Source of the DNA: Candidatus Woesebacteria bacterium
Lineage (GTDB): Bacteria > Patescibacteriota > Microgenomatia > UBA8517
Assembly (NCBI GenBank): GCA_013426185.1
Contig: CP058602.1
Span: 74,231-138,230, forward strand
DNA length: 64,000 nucleotides
Direction of reading: 5' to 3'
The number at the start of each line of letters is the position of its first letter. Within the stretch, counting starts at the first letter, position 1. Below, piece after piece: positions 9,866 through 19,024 of the stretch. The notes under the pieces were generated by a model. That model was not told the DNA's origin. It made no database searches and was given only the letters and a program-made list of their open reading frames with translations. The position numbers were made by a program, and so were the translations under genes.

Positions 9866-10571
9866 TTTCTATAAAGTTTTCAATCAACTTAGCTATTTTT
9901 TTAGGATTTTCTAGGAAAGGAAAGTGGTCTCCTTCCACTATTTTAAGCCTGCTATTTTTTATCAGTTTTTTAATCGTTTTGCCGTTTTCTTTATTTAATT
10001 CTTTGTCGTTTTCGCCCCAGATTATAAGGGTTGGCGCTTTTATCTCGCTGAATTTTTTTTGCAGATCTTCTTTTACTAAATTTTTAAGAAGCGGCAACAA
10101 CTTTCCTGCTTCTTTATAATCCCTGCTCACCAAAAGTCTTTTTAGAAAAGGAGAAAAAGTTGAAATTATCCTTTGAGGAATTATGGCTTTAATTTTGTAT
10201 AAGACTGAAAGTTTTTTGTTTTTTATTCCTGAAGGAGCGATGAGAATAAGCTTTTTGACTAGTTGTGGTTCTTTTTGAGCTATTATTGCTGCTATTTTTC
10301 CTCCAAAGGAATGCCCCGTAAGGTATATGTTTTTTATCTTCTTACTTTTAATCCATTTGATAATCTCTTCTGCATAGTCAAACGAAGATTTAAGTTTAGG
10401 ATTAAACTTGCTTTTTCCGAATCCGGGTAGGTCTGGCAAGAATATTTTGTATTTTTTGTAAAGGTAGGGAACAAGTGGCAGGAAGGATTTTCCATTTGCT
10501 TGCCAGCCATGTAGGAAAATAATCTTTTTATTTCCTTGACCAAACCCCAGATAGTTTATCTCCTTCGTCAT
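9852..10571 (-). CDS. Alpha/beta hydrolase
   Basis: LHGW, DLPGFG, GHSFGG nucleophile elbow, GDHFPF. Confidence 0.92.
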   Translation of the reverse strand: MTKEINYLGFGQGNKKIIFLHGWQANGKSFLPLVPYLYKKYKIFLPDLPGFGKSKFNPKLKSSFDYAEEIIKWIKSKKIKNIYLTGHSFGGKIAAIIAQKEPQLVKKLILIAPSGIKNKKLSVLYKIKAIIPQRIISTFSPFLKRLLVSRDYKEAGKLLPLLKNLVKEDLQKKFSEIKAPTLIIWGENDKELNKENGKTIKKLIKNSRLKIVEGDHFPFLENPKKIAKLIENFIENGKD

Positions 10572-10576
10572 TTCTT

Positions 10577-11068
10577 TTGTATTTTAGCATAGGGGAAAGC
10601 GAGAGTGTTCAAACAGAAGAGACGAAAAAAGGTGGTCTTGGTCCTGTCTTCTTTGTTTTAGTTGTTTTTGCGCTAATTGCTGTTGTTTTATGGTTTGGGA
10701 CAAGAGGCAAGAAATCTGTTTCTGAAAATAATCAAGTAGCGTCTGCTGGTAGTTTAGAAACCCAAAAAGAGCCTGTTTCTAGCTCTCAGGAGGTTAGAAC
10801 TATTGAGGTTGAGGCGGGCATGTATTACTTTAAACCAAGTGAGATTAAAGTTAAAAAGGGCGAGAAAGTTAGGATTGTCTTAAAGAATGTTGAGGGAATG
10901 CATGATTTTGTTATTGATGAGCTGAAGGTAAATTCCGGTATTATTCAGTCAGGCCAGACTACCGAGTTTGAGTTTGTTGCTGAGAAGACTGGAGAGTTTG
11001 AATATTACTGCTCAGTTTCAAACCACCGGGCAATGGGAATGAAAGGAACTTTAGTTGTTAGCGAATAG
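10577..11068 (+). CDS. Membrane-anchored cupredoxin domain protein (start uncertain, possibly 5'-truncated)
   Basis: TM segment, HDFVI, YYCSVSNHRAMGM type-1 Cu ligands; only a TTG start 5 bp from a divergent gene. Confidence 0.8.
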   Translation: MYFSIGESESVQTEETKKGGLGPVFFVLVVFALIAVVLWFGTRGKKSVSENNQVASAGSLETQKEPVSSSQEVRTIEVEAGMYYFKPSEIKVKKGEKVRIVLKNVEGMHDFVIDELKVNSGIIQSGQTTEFEFVAEKTGEFEYYCSVSNHRAMGMKGTLVVSE

Positions 11069-11211
11069 GAATTTGTGTTGGGATTTGAAGCTTTTTTACG
11101 AGACTGATATTGAGTGCAGCTAGGATTGGATAATAACACATTGCCGGTGGTAAAACCTAATTAGCAGTGGTGTTGCGGCGAGATCTTTTATCTTTTTACT
11201 CTTCAAGCATT

Positions 11212-11237
11212 AAGCCACGGGCTTTAGTCTGTGGAGT
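11212..11237. mobile_element. IS200/IS605-type terminal hairpin remnant
   Basis: AAGCCACGGGCTTTAGTCTGTGGAGT resembles the CCACGGGC-TTTA-GCCCGTGG subterminal hairpin; no tnpA/tnpB nearby. Confidence 0.55.
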
Positions 11238-11244
11238 ATCATTT

Positions 11245-11276
11245 TAACTACAAATACATCGATGTATTTGTAGTTA
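11245..11276. repeat. Perfect 32-bp palindrome
   Basis: TAACTACAAATACATC|GATGTATTTGTAGTTA. Confidence 0.9.
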
Positions 11277-11311
11277 TATTAATTTTGATGAATAGCTGGC
11301 AAGATTAGATT

Positions 11312-11392
11312 ATGAGAAAAATTGAAAAGAAAGTTTGGCCTGAATACTTTCAGGCGATAATGGGTGAGTTTAAGCGGTCTGCCAAATCTTAA
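11312..11392 (+). pseudogene. N-terminal fragment of a DUF3850/ASCH-like protein
   Basis: MRKIEKKVWPEYFQAIMG resembles the KxWPEYF start of this family; stop after 26 codons. Confidence 0.55.
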
Positions 11393-11496
11393 TCTTCTTC
11401 CGGGATCGGCTAAGGCGAAGGTTGTTAAGTTTTTGGGAGAAAGCTCTCACTAGGTTTTTGTAGCAGATTCTTGGTGGAGGGATTATGATATAAACA

Positions 11497-12099
11497 ATGA
11501 ATAAAAGAATGGTAAGCTTCATTCACTTTCATAATTCTACCTCTCAAACTTTGGATGTGATTTTGCATGGCGGATCGGTTGGGATTGACTCCCCATTTAT
11601 GCAAAAAGTCTTTCAAGTATCAAAAGATAAAGGAAATAGCGTTATTATGTTTAATTTTCCTTACTTTGAGAGAGGAGAGGACCATTCCTCAGGTCCAAAA
11701 TTGAAAGAAGAACTTTCGACTCTTAAGAGAATGCTAAGGATTGCAGGAGCTAGTGAATTTACTCGCATTCGCCTGATTGGTAAATCGTTAGGTGGAATTG
11801 TTGCCAGCTTTTATCTTGATAGTTTGGACTTTGAGGAAAAGAAGCGCTACGAGGTGATTATCTTGGGTTATGTAACAGGGGATGTTAAGTTAGAAGGTTT
11901 CGGAGGGAAAATTACCATTATTCAAGGAGAAAAAGATAAATTTGGGGATATTGATGTGGTGAAAAAAGATTTGCAGGACGCTGTCTCAAGAAACATAGCT
12001 TACTATCAGATTCAAAATGCCGACCACAGTTTTCGGGATTCAGTAACCAAAGAACCGATTTATGAAGAAGAAGTGATTAGGATTTTGGGGATGGTTTAA
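11497..12099 (+). CDS. Alpha/beta fold hydrolase (KANL3/Tex30-like)
   Basis: LHGG, FNFPYF, GKSLGG, QGEKDKFG, ADHSF. Confidence 0.85.
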   Translation: MNKRMVSFIHFHNSTSQTLDVILHGGSVGIDSPFMQKVFQVSKDKGNSVIMFNFPYFERGEDHSSGPKLKEELSTLKRMLRIAGASEFTRIRLIGKSLGGIVASFYLDSLDFEEKKRYEVIILGYVTGDVKLEGFGGKITIIQGEKDKFGDIDVVKKDLQDAVSRNIAYYQIQNADHSFRDSVTKEPIYEEEVIRILGMV

Positions 12100-12182
12100 A
12101 TCTGACATCATAAGGCGGGAGGAGCTTGAAGTCCGGGCCTATATCTTCTGAATTATTTCCAATTTTAGGTTAAAATACTTGT

Positions 12183-12335
12183 ATGAGTTTATCAGTCGGT
12201 ATAGTAGGTCTTCCCAATGTTGGCCCTAGCACAACTCTTACTTGCTCACAAATACTACGTGTTTGTGTCGCAAGGGCGAGTATGCGGGGCTTGTCTTGTT
12301 TTATTATAGAAGGAGGTTTAATAAATGAGTCTTAG
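12183..12335 (+). pseudogene. Duplicated ychF 5' end plus inserted hairpin (50-codon uORF)
   Basis: Encodes MSLSVGIVGLPNVG, identical to the YchF N-terminus, then runs into a hairpin and stops at TAG 12333-12335. Confidence 0.85.
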
Positions 12336-13446
12336 TGTAGGTATAGTAGGCCTTCCCAATGTTGGTAAATCTACGCTTTTTAATGCGCTTTTGAAGCGTC
12401 AGCAGGCGTATGTTGCTAATTTTCCTTTTGCCACGATTGAACCCAATGTTGGTATTGTTCCTGTGCCTGATAATCGTTTGCAAAAACTGGCTGAGGTGGT
12501 CAAAAATGAGGAAAAGATGAATTCTTTGCCTCCCATTGTTCCTGCAACAGTTGAATTTGTAGATATAGCAGGATTAATTGCCGGTGCTTCAAAGGGGGAA
12601 GGATTGGGAAATAAGTTTTTAAGTCATATTAGGGAGACTTCAGCAATTTGCCATGTTTTGCGCGTCTTTTCTGATCCTATTGTAATTAAAGAAGGCTCAA
12701 GTAACCCCGAGTCCGATTTTGAAGTAGTTGAAACAGAGCTTAAACTAGCCGATCTTCAGACACTTGAAAAACAGCCGACTTTTGCTGATGTCTCAAGAAG
12801 TAAAAAAGACCCCAATGATCCGGAGTTAGCTCGAGCAAAAGTTACTGACAAATTAAGAGAAGCCTTGGAAAAAGGCGTTCCCGCCCGCGAGGTTAACCTA
12901 AATGAGGAAGAAGAAAAAATTGCCAAAACTTTGAATCTTTTAACCTCAAAACCAATACTAGTTGTTTTAAATGTTGATGAGGATGATTTAAGAAGAAGCG
13001 ATGAAGTGGCTTCTTATTTTGCCGAGAGATTAAAAGTTAATCCTGATTGTGTAGTTGCTATTTGCGCCAAAACTGAAAGCGAGCTTTCAAGCCTCGATGA
13101 AAATGACCAAAAAGCTTACCTTGCCGATCTTGGTATTAGCGAATCTGGTCTTGAGAGACTTATCAGAAAGGCTTTTTCTACTTTGGGGTTGATTAATTTC
13201 TTGACAGCTGGTGAAAAAGAGGTTCGTGCTTGGACGATTAAAAAAGGAGCAAATGCTCAAGAAGCGTCAGGCGAGATACATTCAGATTTTGCCAAAAACT
13301 TTATTCGCGCTGAGGTTGTTAGTTTTGACGATTTTGTCTTGCTTGGCGGTTGGAAAGCATCGCGCCAAGCGGGTAAAGTGAGAAGCGAAGGCAGAGATTA
13401 TATCGTATCTGACGGGGATGTAATTGAATTTTTGATAGGGAAATAG
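12325..13446 (+). CDS. ychF: Redox-regulated ATPase YchF (Obg family)
   Basis: GLPNVGKST, ANFPFATIEPN, DIAGL, GEGLGNKFL, TGS domain; AGGAGG SD upstream. Confidence 0.97.
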   Translation: MSLSVGIVGLPNVGKSTLFNALLKRQQAYVANFPFATIEPNVGIVPVPDNRLQKLAEVVKNEEKMNSLPPIVPATVEFVDIAGLIAGASKGEGLGNKFLSHIRETSAICHVLRVFSDPIVIKEGSSNPESDFEVVETELKLADLQTLEKQPTFADVSRSKKDPNDPELARAKVTDKLREALEKGVPAREVNLNEEEEKIAKTLNLLTSKPILVVLNVDEDDLRRSDEVASYFAERLKVNPDCVVAICAKTESELSSLDENDQKAYLADLGISESGLERLIRKAFSTLGLINFLTAGEKEVRAWTIKKGANAQEASGEIHSDFAKNFIRAEVVSFDDFVLLGGWKASRQAGKVRSEGRDYIVSDGDVIEFLIGK

Positions 13447-13454
13447 TGCGAAAC

Positions 13455-13749
13455 GGTCGAAGCTAGCCGTAAGATTGTATCTAGTATCTAGTATCTTGTA
13501 TTATGTATTATACAGGGAATAAAAGTAGAAAGTAGAATGTAGTAAGTAGAAAGCAACGGATTTCAGATATCAGCTGTCGGATATCAGATATCGGACGTAG
13601 GCTTTCAGCTATCAGAGCTAGTCGGAGCTGATCAGAAACTTGTATCTAGTATCTTGTATTATGTATTATGCATGAAAATGCATTATCCCCATAATACATA
13701 ATTCATAATACACAATACTAAATTCTTTTCCCTTTGTTCTATGTTCTAA
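13455..13749 (+). repeat. Heptamer mosaic block B2 (forward)
   Basis: (GTATCTA/GTATTAT)n, (AGTAGAA)n, (TATCAGA)n, inverted GTATTAT arms around a 19-bp core, (TTGTTCT)n. Confidence 0.93.
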
Positions 13750-13764
13750 TGTATAATTACCCTT

Positions 13765-14577
13765 ATGACTTATTTTTTTGACGGAAAGGCTTTTGCAGAA
13801 AACAAAAAAGCTAAGCTTGAACAAAGAGTTGAAAAGCTGCGAGGTAAAAAAGTCATTCCTACTCTTGCTTCAATCTTGGTTGGTCCTAATAAAAGCAGTC
13901 TGTTTTATACTAATCTTAAGAAAAAATTTGCGGAGAGCGTAGGTTGTAAATTAATAGTTTTTGAATTTGATTCAAGAGTTACTAAAGAAAGTATTCTTCA
14001 AAAGATTGAAGAGCTAAATAAAGATAAAAATATTGATGGAGTGATGATTCAACTACCACTTCCACCAAATTTTTCGGCTTTGGATAGGGAAGAGGTAATT
14101 AATAGCATTGTAAGAGAAAAAGATGTGGATGGCTTAAGAGAGGATTCGATCTACTTAACGCCTGTAGTTAAAGCTGTTTTGCAAGTTTTAAAGGAAGCAT
14201 CTTCTTATATTGTGCGACCACCTTTAAAGGTGATAGTGGTAGGATCTGAGGGTTTTGAGGGGAGAAAAATATCTAAAGTTCTGTCTGAAATGGGATATGA
14301 AGTCAAAGGGGTTGACAAAAAAAATTTTTTAGAATCGAAAGATTTACTAAAAGAAGCTGACATAGTTGTTTCGGTGACTGGTTGCAAAGATATAGTTAAA
14401 GCGTCTGATATTGCTGATGGCGCGATCTTGGTTGATGTAGGCTATCCCTTGGGTGATATTGAAAAAGAAGCTTATAGTAAAGCTTCTTTTGTTTCTCCTG
14501 TCCCTGGCGGTGTTGGCCCTCTTACTATATACTTCTTGATGGAAAATCTTGTTGAATCTGCGTTTTCAAGAGTTTAA
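13765..14577 (+). CDS. folD: Bifunctional methylenetetrahydrofolate dehydrogenase/cyclohydrolase (divergent)
   Basis: FFDGK, GVMIQLPLP, KDVDG, SPVPGGVGPLT. Confidence 0.9.
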   Translation: MTYFFDGKAFAENKKAKLEQRVEKLRGKKVIPTLASILVGPNKSSLFYTNLKKKFAESVGCKLIVFEFDSRVTKESILQKIEELNKDKNIDGVMIQLPLPPNFSALDREEVINSIVREKDVDGLREDSIYLTPVVKAVLQVLKEASSYIVRPPLKVIVVGSEGFEGRKISKVLSEMGYEVKGVDKKNFLESKDLLKEADIVVSVTGCKDIVKASDIADGAILVDVGYPLGDIEKEAYSKASFVSPVPGGVGPLTIYFLMENLVESAFSRV

Positions 14578-14624
14578 TATATCTCTTGATAAGTTGACTT
14601 TAAATTGATAAGATTGCGGAAGTT

Positions 14625-15332
14625 ATGACTAAAATAAAAATTTCAGTTGAAAAACTTTTTGAATTAGGCGCTCATTTTGGTCATCAAGTGAGCCGTTCTA
14701 ATCCTAAGGCTAAGGATTTTGTTTATACACAAGAAGGTGGTGTTTTAATTTTTGATTTGCCGAAGACAAAAGAGCTTCTTTCTGAGGCGTTTCTTTTTTT
14801 GGCAAAGATTGCAAAAGAGAAGAAGGGTATTATTTTTCTTGGCACAAAAAGACAAATAAAGAATAAGATTAAAGAGGTGGCTCAATTTTCTGGTAGTTAT
14901 TTTGTTAATGAAAGATGGCTTGGGGGTACTTTGACCAACTTTTCTCAAATCAAGAAATCACTTGGTAAACTTCAAGATTTAAAAGATAAAAGGGCAAAAG
15001 GTGAGTTGGGCGAGTATACTAAAAAGGAACGTTTACTGATTGATAGAGAAATAGATCGGTTGGAAAATCTTTTTGGTGGGCTTTCAGGCATAGAGGATTT
15101 GCCGGCGGTGTTGGTTGTTGTTGATATAAGAAGAGAAAAAACAGCGGTGAGTGAAGCTAAAAAGACTGGAGTTCCAGTAGTTGCTATAGTTGATTCAAAT
15201 TCTGACCCAAATTTAGTTGACTATCCTATTACTATGAATGATGATTCAAAAGAGGCTGTGAGCTATGTCTTGGATTTGATGGCAGAAGTGATAAAAGCAA
15301 CAAGAGATGGTAAAAAAGTTGAAATAGAATAA
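14625..15332 (+). CDS. rpsB: 30S ribosomal protein S2
   Basis: GAHFGH, RWLGGTLTNF, PITMNDDS. Confidence 0.97.
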   Translation: MTKIKISVEKLFELGAHFGHQVSRSNPKAKDFVYTQEGGVLIFDLPKTKELLSEAFLFLAKIAKEKKGIIFLGTKRQIKNKIKEVAQFSGSYFVNERWLGGTLTNFSQIKKSLGKLQDLKDKRAKGELGEYTKKERLLIDREIDRLENLFGGLSGIEDLPAVLVVVDIRREKTAVSEAKKTGVPVVAIVDSNSDPNLVDYPITMNDDSKEAVSYVLDLMAEVIKATRDGKKVEIE

Positions 15333-15333
15333 G

Positions 15334-15780
15334 ATGGGTAAAATTGATATCAATTTGATTAAAAAATTAAGGGAGGAAACTGGAGTTCCGATAGTTCGCA
15401 TTCGCGATATTTTGGAGGAAGTTGGTGGGGATGAAAAGAAGGCGCTTGAAATTCTAAAAAAGGAAGCTCTGGAAAAAGTTGAAAAAAGAGGTGGAAGGGA
15501 GACTCATCAGGGCAAAATTTTTGCTTATGTTCATCACACAGGGAAAGTGGCGTCTTTAGTTGAGCTTCTCTGCGAAACTGATTTTGTTGCAAGAAATGAA
15601 CTTTTTGAGAGCTTAGGCCGTAATCTTGCTATGCAAGTTGCCTCAATGGGTGATGAAAATCTTGAGACACAGGCTTTTATCAAGGATCCTTCAAAGACAG
15701 TTTCAGATTTAATTAAAGAAGTTATTGCCAAAACAGGAGAGAACATAAAATTGGGAAAAGTGGTAAGGCTTGAGATTTAA
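15334..15780 (+). CDS. tsf: Elongation factor Ts (short form)
   Basis: IKKLREETG, ELLCETDFVARN; follows rpsB. Confidence 0.95.
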   Translation: MGKIDINLIKKLREETGVPIVRIRDILEEVGGDEKKALEILKKEALEKVEKRGGRETHQGKIFAYVHHTGKVASLVELLCETDFVARNELFESLGRNLAMQVASMGDENLETQAFIKDPSKTVSDLIKEVIAKTGENIKLGKVVRLEI

Positions 15781-15840
15781 AATATTTCTAGCTTCAGTTT
15801 TCTTCTGGCTAACTAGGGTGTCTTATTAAGGCAGTTGGGT

Positions 15841-15869
15841 TTGACACTTTTACCTTTTTCTGCTTTAAT
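15841..15869 (+). promoter_or_regulatory. Sigma70-type promoter of frr
   Basis: TTGACA-N17-TTTAAT with extended TG, 12 nt before the ATG. Confidence 0.65.
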
Positions 15870-15881
15870 TACTTCTAGCTT

Positions 15882-16436
15882 ATGGACGAGTCTTCTTTAA
15901 GAACCAAGATGCAGCAGGTTTTTGATTTGGTTGTTTCTGATATTGCTTCAATAAGAATTGGTAGAGCCACGCCTTCTTTGGTTGAAGATTTATCAGTTTT
16001 GGTTTATGGCGGTCAGCAGAAATTAAAGATTCAGGAGTTGGCGACTATTTCGGTTCTTGATCCTCAGACTTTGGAGATTGAGCCTTGGGATAAATCAATA
16101 ATTGGTGAGATAAGGCAAGGAATACTTTCTAGTGGGATTGGCCTTAATCCTGTTATAACCGGTGAAAAAATTAGAATTAATATTCCTCCTTTGACGACCG
16201 AGGATAGAGAAAAGTATTTAAAACTTCTTTCAGCTAAGCTTGAGTCAGGGCGGGTGATGATACGCCAAATCAGGGCAGGTTTTTTGAAAGAGATACAAAA
16301 ATCTTTTGAGGAAAAGGAGATTGGTGAGGATGAGAAGTTCAGAGAGGAAAAAAGATTGCAGGAAATAACTGATGAGTTTGTTGCCAAAATTAACGAGCAG
16401 GGTGAAAGAAAGAAGGAGGAGCTGACTCAGCTTTAG
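15882..16436 (+). CDS. frr: Ribosome recycling factor
   Basis: IRIGRATPSL, IPPLTTEDR, RQIR. Confidence 0.96.
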   Translation: MDESSLRTKMQQVFDLVVSDIASIRIGRATPSLVEDLSVLVYGGQQKLKIQELATISVLDPQTLEIEPWDKSIIGEIRQGILSSGIGLNPVITGEKIRINIPPLTTEDREKYLKLLSAKLESGRVMIRQIRAGFLKEIQKSFEEKEIGEDEKFREEKRLQEITDEFVAKINEQGERKKEELTQL

Positions 16437-16440
16437 AGGA

Positions 16441-17550
16441 ATGATTACTTCAATTTTAGTTTTTATCTTAGTTCTCTCAATTTTAATTTTGGTCCATGAG
16501 TTTGGCCATTTTATGGCTGCTCGTCGTATGGGTATTTGGGTTCGGGAGTTTGGTATTGGTCTTCCCCCGAGAATTTTTGGAAAGAAGATTGGTGAGACCA
16601 TTTATTCTGTCAACTGGTTTCCTTTTGGCGGATTTGTCAGAATGCATGGAGAAGATTCCTCCGAAAAAATAAGACCCAAAGAAGCGTTTGTTAATAAGAG
16701 TAAAGAAGCGCGTCTTTTTGTTGTCACGGCTGGGGTTTTGATGAATCTTCTTCTTGGTATTTTTGTATTTTCAATTACTTACTTTTTTACTGGTATTCCA
16801 AGGCAAACTGATAGGGTTAAGGTGGTTGAAGTTTTGCCTTCTTCTCCTGCTTCTGAAATTGGGCTTAAAAGTGGAGATGTAATTAAAAAGGTAGATGATA
16901 CTAAAATTACGACTTCAGATGCATTTGTCAATTATGTTGATAGCAAAAAAGGAGAAAAGGTAAACTTGGTGATTGAGAAAGAGGAGAATGGGAATGTCCG
17001 AGAGCTTGAGCTGAAAGTTGTTCCTCGCAAAACGCCTCCTTCGGGTGAAGGCCCCTTGGGGGTGATTATATCAACGACAGAGATTTATTATCCTCCTTAT
17101 TGGCAGCGTCCTTTTTATGGAGCATATTATGGAGTAAAAGAGGCTGTTTTTTGGGGTAAAAACATTGTTTCAAGTTTATTTATGATGATTGTTGGGCTTT
17201 TTAGGGGTGAAGTGCCGAAAGATATTTCAGGCCCTGTTGGAATTTTTGCCATCACTTCAGAAGCTGCCAAGCTAGGTTTTTTCTCACTTCTTAATTTTAT
17301 GGGGATTTTGTCAATCAACTTGGCTATTTTGAATATTTTTCCTTTTCCTGCACTTGACGGAGGCAGACTTCTTTTTATTGGTTTAGAGTATATTTTAGGC
17401 AAAAAGGTGCCTGAAAAATTTGAAGGAGCAGTTCATATGGCGGGAATGGTTTTTTTGATTATTTTACTTTTATTTATTACTGCTTATGATATTAAGCGTT
17501 TGATTTTAGCTGGAGGAATTTCTGGGTTTTTGAATTCTTTTTCAAAATAA
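16441..17550 (+). CDS. rseP: RIP metalloprotease RseP (M50, PDZ)
   Basis: HEFGH, FGGFVRM, PDZ, NIFPFPALDGG. Confidence 0.95.
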   Translation: MITSILVFILVLSILILVHEFGHFMAARRMGIWVREFGIGLPPRIFGKKIGETIYSVNWFPFGGFVRMHGEDSSEKIRPKEAFVNKSKEARLFVVTAGVLMNLLLGIFVFSITYFFTGIPRQTDRVKVVEVLPSSPASEIGLKSGDVIKKVDDTKITTSDAFVNYVDSKKGEKVNLVIEKEENGNVRELELKVVPRKTPPSGEGPLGVIISTTEIYYPPYWQRPFYGAYYGVKEAVFWGKNIVSSLFMMIVGLFRGEVPKDISGPVGIFAITSEAAKLGFFSLLNFMGILSINLAILNIFPFPALDGGRLLFIGLEYILGKKVPEKFEGAVHMAGMVFLIILLLFITAYDIKRLILAGGISGFLNSFSK

Positions 17551-17551
17551 T

Positions 17552-19015
17552 ATGGATTACGAAAAGAAGGAGCTAAAGAAGAAGAGCCAGAACTTATCTG
17601 ATTGGTATACGGATGTTGTCTTAAAAGCTGAACTTGCTGATTATGGTCCTGTGAGAGGGACGATGGTAATCAGACCTTATGGTTATGCCATTTGGGAGAA
17701 TGTTCAGGCTGCTTTTAATCAGATGATGAAAAATAGAAAAGAAGGAGCTATTAGAAATGCTTATTTTCCTCTTTTTATTCCTTATTCTTACCTTAAGCGT
17801 GAGAAGGAACATGTAGAAGGCTTTTCTCCCGAGCTTGCTTTGGTGACTATTGGAGGTGGCGAAGAGTTGAAAGAACCGCTTGTTGTTAGACCGACTTCGG
17901 AGACTATTATGTATGAAATGTATGCCAAGTGGATTAAAAGTTGGCGAGATTTGCCGGTTCTAATTAATCAGTGGAACAATGTGGTCAGGTGGGAAAAAAG
18001 AACGTTTTTATTTCTTAGGACATTGGAATTTTTATGGCAGGAAGGTCATACTGCTCATGCGACTGAAGATGAAGCAATTCAGATTGCTCTTGAGGTCTTG
18101 GAATGGTATCGCCAGATTTATGAGGATTATTTAGCTTTACCTGTTTTGGTGGGAATCAAGAGCGATTCTGAGAAATTTGCGGGAGCAAAATCAACTTGGG
18201 CGGTTGAGGCTTTGATGCCTGATGGCAAAGCTTTGCAAGGTGCTACTTCGCACAATTTGGGTCAAAATTTTGCTAAGGCTTTTAATATTAATTTTCAAGA
18301 TAAGGACGGCGATATAAAGTATGTTTGGCAAACTTCGTGGGGTCTGTCAACCCGAAGCCTTGGAGGCATGTTTTTGTCTCACGGAGATGATCATGGTTTG
18401 ATAATCCCTCCTAAAGTTGCTCCTTTTAAAGTGGCGATTCTTCCTATTTTTGGTAGTAGGGACGAGGACATATTGGAGTATGCAAAAAGAGTAGCAAATG
18501 AGATTAGTAACATTGAAAAGAGCAATTACCCGGGTGAGGTGGTTATTTTTGATAATAAAGAAATTTCTTTTGGGAGACGAGTAAATGATTCTGAAATTAA
18601 AGGTATTCCTCTTAAAATTGAGATAGGACCTAAAGAATTGGAAGGAGAGACTTTGACTCTGTCCAATCGAGTTGAGCCTTCTAGTAAAAAAGAAGTTCCA
18701 TTGGCCAAAATAGCTTCCTTAGTTGAAGATGAGCTAGGCAATGTGCAGAATTTGATCTTCGCACGCGCGAAGAAGTTTCTTGAAGAAAATATCACTGAAG
18801 TTGATTCTTATGATGAATTTAAAAAGATAATGAAGACAAGAAGAGGATTCATAAAGGCTTACTGGTGCGAAAATAGTGCTTGCGAGGCTAAAATTAAAGA
18901 GGAGACTAAGGCTACCACTCGTGTTAGATTGTTGTCGGAAAAAGAAGGATCTGGCAAGTGCATTCTTTGTGGAAATAAAGCAAGATTCAAGTGGATCTTT
19001 GCTCAGTCTTATTAG
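17552..19015 (+). CDS. proS: Proline--tRNA ligase (archaeal/eukaryote-like type)
   Basis: VRPTSET, FLWQEGHT, QTSWGLSTR, C-terminal Zn domain ending FAQSY. Confidence 0.97.
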   Translation: MDYEKKELKKKSQNLSDWYTDVVLKAELADYGPVRGTMVIRPYGYAIWENVQAAFNQMMKNRKEGAIRNAYFPLFIPYSYLKREKEHVEGFSPELALVTIGGGEELKEPLVVRPTSETIMYEMYAKWIKSWRDLPVLINQWNNVVRWEKRTFLFLRTLEFLWQEGHTAHATEDEAIQIALEVLEWYRQIYEDYLALPVLVGIKSDSEKFAGAKSTWAVEALMPDGKALQGATSHNLGQNFAKAFNINFQDKDGDIKYVWQTSWGLSTRSLGGMFLSHGDDHGLIIPPKVAPFKVAILPIFGSRDEDILEYAKRVANEISNIEKSNYPGEVVIFDNKEISFGRRVNDSEIKGIPLKIEIGPKELEGETLTLSNRVEPSSKKEVPLAKIASLVEDELGNVQNLIFARAKKFLEENITEVDSYDEFKKIMKTRRGFIKAYWCENSACEAKIKEETKATTRVRLLSEKEGSGKCILCGNKARFKWIFAQSY

Positions 19016-19024
19016 TCTATTTTT

